Assembly (NCBI GenBank): GCA_951406725.2
Contig: OX597822.1
Coordinates: forward strand, 11,594,001 to 11,658,000
DNA from: Octopus vulgaris
Taxonomy: Eukaryota
DNA length: 64,000 bases
Direction: 5' to 3'
Of this stretch, positions 56,988 through 64,000 are shown one piece after another. Numbering within the stretch: position 1 is the stretch's first letter; every line of letters starts with the position of its first letter. The notes below the pieces were generated by a model, which ran no database searches, had not been told where the DNA came from, and worked only from the letters and a program-made list of their open reading frames with translations. A program made the translations under genes and the position numbers.

Positions 56988-57800
56988 GTGTATTTGTTAT
57001 TTGTGTCTGTTTGCCCTCTTCACCATCGCTTGACAACCGATGTTGGTGCGATTACATCCCGTCAACTAGCGGTTCGGCAAAAAGAGTCCGATAGAATAAG
57101 TACTAGGTTTACAAAGAATACGTCCTGGGGTCGATTTGTTCGACTAAAGGCGGTGCTCCAACATGGCCGCAGTCAAATGACTGAAACAACTAAAAGAATA
57201 AAAGAATAATCGAATATAGAAAATAGATTTCAAATATATTAATTTAATAACTACAATTAATAAATATGTGATCATTGTGTATTTTCGAGTGAGTCCTAGA
57301 AATAGTTGTGGGAGAAATGAAATATTTGAAATAGCAAGATGAACGATGGGTTCCCTATTCTTCTATTCCTATTCTTTCTATACTAGACCCCTATCCACTA
57401 GCTGGAGAAGCGGTGCTCTCAGACACGAAGCCTCCATTGATGATGTGGTGTTGAGTTATCTCCTATTTTCTCCATGTCTCTTTCGAAATACTTTTCGTTC
57501 AAGATTGATGAAATAACTAGCAGACAAAAGTAATGTTGTTATCGTAAGCGAATAGGAAGCTTGAAATCTTTGCCCCAGTATGGCCACAGAGAAACGATTG
57601 AAATCGGTAGAAGAAGAATGAAAGATGGCATCGCTTTGTTCTTCAAACAAAAGGTTAACTTTGATGTGAGGTAAAGATTCTGCAAGATATATTATGATTC
57701 GCGTTCACACGTAACAGTGCTCTGTCAATTCTCGTGTCCGGTTTCATATGGTTTGATGTGTGTGTGTATTTCTGTATGTATATATATGTATATATATGCA

Positions 57801-57874
<74 letters not shown>

Positions 57875-57876
57875 GA

Positions 57877-57931
<55 letters not shown>

Positions 57932-58302
57932 TCGTAGTATGCATCCACGCAAGTATGTATGTAGCTATCGATTGATCGATAGCTACAATTTGTCTGTCTG
58001 TCTGTTTATCAAACTATCGATCTATCAATACGTCTATTTATTTACCGATGGTACACACATTCGACTACACACTAACACAAACACATACTTGCGCACATTC
58101 ACACACACACACACATACACTCAGCACAAAGCCAGAAATTTTCACGCTGGAGGGCGTGCATTATTTACGTTCATGCTAATGTTCAAATGCTGCTTATTTT
58201 ATCGACCCTGATAGGATGACAGGCAAAAAAGGACCACGGCGGAATTTGAACTCACAACCTTAGCGGTCGAAATATTACTAAGCGTTCTTTTAGACGTGCT
58301 AC

Positions 58303-58390
<88 letters not shown>

Positions 58391-58470
58391 TATGCGTTTG
58401 CATACATGTGTGCATGTGTATTTATACTCAATCACACGCGTGCGCGCGCACAGGCACACACACACACACG

Positions 58471-58541
<71 letters not shown>

Positions 58542-60624
58542 TTTTATAGTATACATCTACCTATATACATGTACAGTTGTAAATGGATGATGTCTTGTCG
58601 AGGCAGAAGCGCGTGTCTACATCGCTCCTCTTGACGGCATGTCAACAGGGTATTCTTGATTCGCGAGATTGTCTCCTCTTAGTCACGTGGAGATATTCTT
58701 AATTGTCTTTGCTTACTATGACACATTCTCTAGAGACGGACATAATTTTAATAAATTAGGAATTTGTATGCTTTGCTATTTGATAAACATCTATTCGCCT
58801 ATATTTTATGTAGAAATAATTATGTGTACGTATATATTTATGTATATGTTTGTGTATATACATATATAAACATATATGTGTGTATATATATCTGAATGTA
58901 TATACACACTCATACAGATACACACACAACCTCACATACACACGCACATCCACACATCTATATATGGACACCGACACATTGACACGAACATAGACAAAAG
59001 AGTGAGAGAGAAGGAGAGAGAGAGAGAGGAAGAGGGAGAGAGATAGAATTGTTGAGTGTAGAGCGGGAGAGAGTGTAAGTGAAGGGAAGTAATCGATTGC
59101 CGTGTTCTGTCATGTTAGATTGCTGCTGCAGGTCAAACAAGTGGGTTGTTATCGACAAATTACGTCAGGTTGCTGGATTGAAGAATTATCGACTATTTAT
59201 GTCAGCAAGCCAGAGCAGATGGTTAAAATTACGTCAGAGTATTAGAGAAAACATGCAATTATTATTGTCGTCTGCGTGTATGTTTAGTCACAAGATTTTA
59301 GGGAATGGAGGTTGTCGGTTATGTCTGGTTTTAATTTATCAACTCCAGAAAGAAGAAAGGTAAAACCGATCCTGCAGAAGTTTAACTCTTGCACGTAAAA
59401 AATGGTAATTCAATAGTGTGGGGCATTTCGTTCTTTCGTCCAATGCTTCCTCTAACGAATCTCCTAATCCATTGCTGATAATCACAAGCTCAAGCTTAAC
59501 AACAATATGCACGTGAAAACATAACTCCCATCAATATGGGAAATTTAGAACTGCGATGTCTGAAGGGAAGAGAGAATATAAAACACCAGAGCACCAAATC
59601 ATGGCCTGACATAGCCTGCAACGAAATGACCAATATATTAAAAATTTCCAAGAAATTGTAAAGCCATTGGGATAAACAAAGTTACAAATATCTCCCAGAA
59701 GTAGCTTTTCAATGCCAATAATGCTGGAAAGGAAAACAGCATAAATTTCTAAGAACATACATATACCACAGAACTTCATAATTACGAGCCTATAACTTAC
59801 TTGCAAACTTCATAGAAAATTGAGAGAGTTAAAGGATACGCAGAGAAAATGTGAACTGGTAGAATTACTAGCATGCCGGGAAAAATTCTGAGCTGCATTT
59901 CGCCCGTCTTTACATTTCCGAGTTCAAATTCCGTCGAGGACACCTTTTTCTTTCGATTTTTTGATGTTAATAAATAAATACCATTTGAGTTATGGGGGTC
60001 GATGTAATCGACTTAAAAGCCTCCGTCACAAAATTATTGGCCGTGAAGTAAAGTTTGAAACAATATAAAACACAGCAAACGCCAATAATTTTCATTTGAA
60101 TTTTCATTAAATTCTCGCATGATGATTATTAAATCAAAAGTTGACCTCAGACAGAAAAGAGTATACAGTAAACATCATACTATAGTCTGGAGTAAATACA
60201 TCTACAATTTGATTGTTTTACAAAAGTACACACTCGGTTTTAAGTAGATCAACACGATATTCCAACAACCTCAGAAATCATTCACATATCATAATAAACA
60301 TGTACTTGACAGCGCAGGAATATCTTTCCTCTATTGTCTACACAGACGTACAACAACATCAACTCTACATCAATAGCATTAATGGTTGTCTAAAGGGAAA
60401 AAAAAAAGACATAAAATAGACCCTACCGAATCCTCTGTCGGATTTATTGATAGCAACAGCGTAGGACAACAGAAACAGCCAACATACACTTTTACCATAC
60501 ACCTAAAAAACCCCACAAAATACGGAGGAGAGAAGTATAGCAGAAGTTACCAGAACAATATTCAAGAGATATATAACGGCGCGTTTAAAATACATATCAT
60601 GGGGATACGTTTGATATATAGATA

Positions 60625-60982
60625 TAGGGCAGCGGATTCGCGGTCGTGCGATCACGGTTTCGTTTCCCAGACCGGGCGTTGTGAGAGTTTATTGAGCGAA
60701 ATCACCTAAAAGCTCCGCGAGGCTCCGGCAGGGGCATGTGGAGAACTCTGCTGTACTCTGTAACTACAACTTTCTCTCAGTCTTTCTTAATGTTTCTGTT
60801 ATCCTTGTATAACAAAGGGGCAAATCTTGTCATACTTTGTGTCACGCTGAATCTCCCCGAGAACTTCGTTAAGGGTACGAGTGTCTGTGGAGTGCTCAGC
60901 CACTTGCACGTTAATTTCACGAGCAGGCTGTTCCCTTGATCGGATCAACTGGAACCCTCGTAGTCGTAACCGACGGAATGCG
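60625..60982 (+). mobile_element. SINE family C
   Basis: Matches 8860-9230. Confidence 0.8.
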
Positions 60983-61790
60983 GAATATATATATATATAC
61001 ACGTGCTTTGTTCACAAGGAAGTGAAACATAATGGGAGAGAGCGAGAGAGAGAAACAGAGTTGCTGCCTAAGAGGGAAGAATCGCTTCCCCCCGTTTATT
61101 TTGTCATTCTCCCCACTTATTTTCAGAAATCACTATCAAACAATTAAAAGAACATACATACCTTTTTCCATATAATTATTTATTATTAAAGGAGTCATGG
61201 GTCGTTCTATTTCGCCTTCGTCCTGAGCTCTTCAGCACAACATAACTCGAGAGTTTTAAAATTAGCTAATCTAAAGTCACTTACATTTAAATCAAAGTCT
61301 ACCGATATATTTCGCGTATAACAGTTGCTATTGAGCAAACGAGGGAAGAGAGAGAGAGAAAGAAGGGAGAGAATGAGACGGAGAGAGAGAGGAAGAGTGA
61401 TGGAGAGAAGGAGAGAGAGTTACAGAGGAAAAACCTCTTACGTAATTTCGGAAAAACTTGCATATTTTTTCTCAATTTTTTCAAAGTTCCAGTATAGATT
61501 TGTCTTACGCATGTTTCTGTACACATACGCACGCGAACGCATACACTCACACACTTACAAACACACACATGAGTGTGTGTGAGTATGTGCATTTTATGGC
61601 CGAATTTACAAACAGGTGGATTAAAATGAAACGACTAATTAACGGTTTATAGCATGCTCTCAGTCTTCCCGTTAGTCACTATATTTTTCTCTTTTTTTTT
61701 TCTTATACACCGCACGTCAAACGAGAACATTAATTGAAACTGATCATAAACATACCAAGTGTAGAAGTATTATACAGAATAATTTCACAT

Positions 61791-61965
61791 AGGCGCAAGA
61801 GTGGTTGTGTGGTAAGTAGCTTGCTTACCAACTACATGGTTCCGGGTTTAGTCCCACTGCGTGGCACTTTGGAAAAGTGTCTTCTACTATAGCCTCGGGC
61901 CGACCAAAGCCTGTGAGTGGATTTAGTAAATGGAAACTGAAAGAAAAACGTCGTATATATGTATC

Positions 61966-62007
<42 letters not shown>

Positions 62008-62232
62008 TGTGTGTGTGTGTGTGTATGTATTTTTCTGTGTTTGTCCCCACATCATCGCTTGACAACCAATGTTGGTGTGTTTACGTCCACATAGCTTAAC
62101 GGTTCGGCAAAGACACCGATAGAATAAGTAATAGGCTTACAAGGAATAAGTCCTGAGGTCGATTTGCTCGTCTAAAGGTGGTGCTCCAGCATGGCCGCAG
62201 TCAAATGACTGAAACAAATAAAGGAATAAAAG
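61791..62232 (+). mobile_element. SINE family A, full length
   Basis: Runs from the aggcgcaagagtggttgtgtggtaag head to the gactgaaacaaataaa tail. Confidence 0.85.
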
Positions 62233-62399
62233 ACTACGTCAGTAATATAAATAATAGTTATGCAAAATGTTTCCTATTTATGGAATACTCTTTGAGTGTT
62301 ACCGATTCCATCCAATGTTGAGCAAATATAAGTCTGCGCAAAGAACGGCGTCTCGTTCTAGTAATATTAACACTGTAAAAACTGTGAAAACTAAGAACC

Positions 62400-62860
62400 A
62401 AACAGAAAATTCCAGAAAGTAGATTTATCTATTCCACAGCGTCCAGAACAGGAAATGTAATGTGCTAATATCTTCACCGGGTGTATGTAATATTATATAT
62501 GAGTCACTGGAAACTTGTTCAAAGATCACCAGCCCCAGCAACTGTATAATAACTTATTCTGCCGTAGATACCTGGAGAACGCCACAGCATCTCCACACAC
62601 GCGGGGGAAACAAGAGAAATAATGATCATAAGCAAAACACACACAAAATGTAGATTAGGCACCAGCATTTGGCAATGGATAGAAGCATTGAAGCCATTCT
62701 TTTACAGAGAAGCTTCTTACTGTTTCATTCTCAATAGCATTCTAACCAAAAGAAACTTATTTCGATCGTCTGGCATCCGGCCAAATACTTCCTCCAGAAA
62801 TTCAAAGCAGACCCTCCTGATGCATAGCGAATAACAATGGTCGACGAATAACACAAGATT
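62400..62860 (+). pseudogene. Possible decayed Penelope GIY-YIG endonuclease 3' end
   Basis: Pieces PGVCNI, SAVDTWRTPQH, SIEAI and KLISIVWHP resemble PLE GV.Y.I, SAVA.H.W and LS..W.P motifs, followed by a cctgatg core-like remnant. Confidence 0.35.
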
Positions 62861-63254
62861 ATACGAACACGCATCGAAGTTAATTTAAGCAGTTATTAAT
62901 CACTTCCTGATTCACTGGTGAGTATAGGGGACGAAAAGACAGATTGAAAGGAAACGTGGTTTGGATATAAAATCTTGTTTACTGTGTATATCAATAAACA
63001 TATATCATACTTTGCAAAATTCTGAAACACTGACATATTTAACACGTTTATCGTTTCTACCATTAATTTATCAAAAACGTATACGCACATATACATGCAC
63101 AACCACACATACACACACACAAACTCACACACGCAAAAACACAAACACACACATAAAAACACAAGCACACAGACAAATATATATAAATATAAGTAAGCAT
63201 ATATATATATATATATATATATAGGCACATATATACATGTATACACACATACAC

Positions 63255-63639
<385 letters not shown>

Positions 63640-63654
63640 ATATATATATATATA

Positions 63655-64000
63655 CAGTGGCGGCCAAAATGTTCAGAATAGCATTGTTTTCGTCAGAAAA
63701 GTAGATATAAATTTTGTCGCTGGCAACAAGATTATCAAAAGTACTAGCCCAAAATAGCGAGCAGATGGATCGAAACCCTCCATTTTGTGACTTTTAGGAG
63801 AAAGTTTTAAGCTTTCAGCTGTACTGAACGCACACAAACGAGGGTGTACTATAATGCTTCTCTCAAATTTCAACTTGATAAAACCTTGTTCTTATCAATT
63901 GCTTAAATGTGACCAACCGACATGTTTTGCCAGGCTTTCTTCATTCTCTATTCACCAATTTCCACTGTGTAATAGGTGAGAGCTCAGGGAATTACTCGAG
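63655..64000. mobile_element. Probable Tc1-type terminus, element running off the window end
   Basis: TA followed by CAGTGGCGGCCAAAA is a typical Tc1 TIR start. The partner TIR is not in the window. Confidence 0.4.

Noticed and set aside
59520-59810. Possible CR1-like LINE 3' remnant
   Set aside because: Only vague similarity, with no intact motif.

Overview
Eukaryotic, AT-rich, repeat-saturated DNA with no host protein-coding exon that I can support. Nearly all ORFs in the track are microsatellite read-through. The SINE families and microsatellite density suggest a coleoid cephalopod, probably Octopus (inference). Ordinary content: dozens of tRNA-derived SINEs from at least three families, decayed Tc1/mariner and pogo/Tigger transposons, a non-autonomous Helitron, fold-back MITEs with TTAGGG-like cores, and LINE, gypsy and Penelope fragments. 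Unusual content, all read by eye with no folding or database searches run: (1) A ~492-bp tandem array at 37161-40860 has a complete type I hammerhead ribozyme (HHR) in every unit, and a dispersed copy at 56297-56919 shares its boundaries; this looks like a retrozyme (circRNA-derived) family. (2) At least four unrelated families, three of them HHR-bearing, share one insertion architecture: head-to-head inverted arms whose two 3' ends abut (TA)n, which suggests twin priming in microsatellites. (3) A repeat at 14702-14761 and 44817-44878 carries all three hammerhead strands, with covarying stems, in an order matching none of types I/II/III; it is a candidate pseudoknotted or permuted hammerhead. 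(4) Natural HHR core variants (U3-A8, A6U) are also present.
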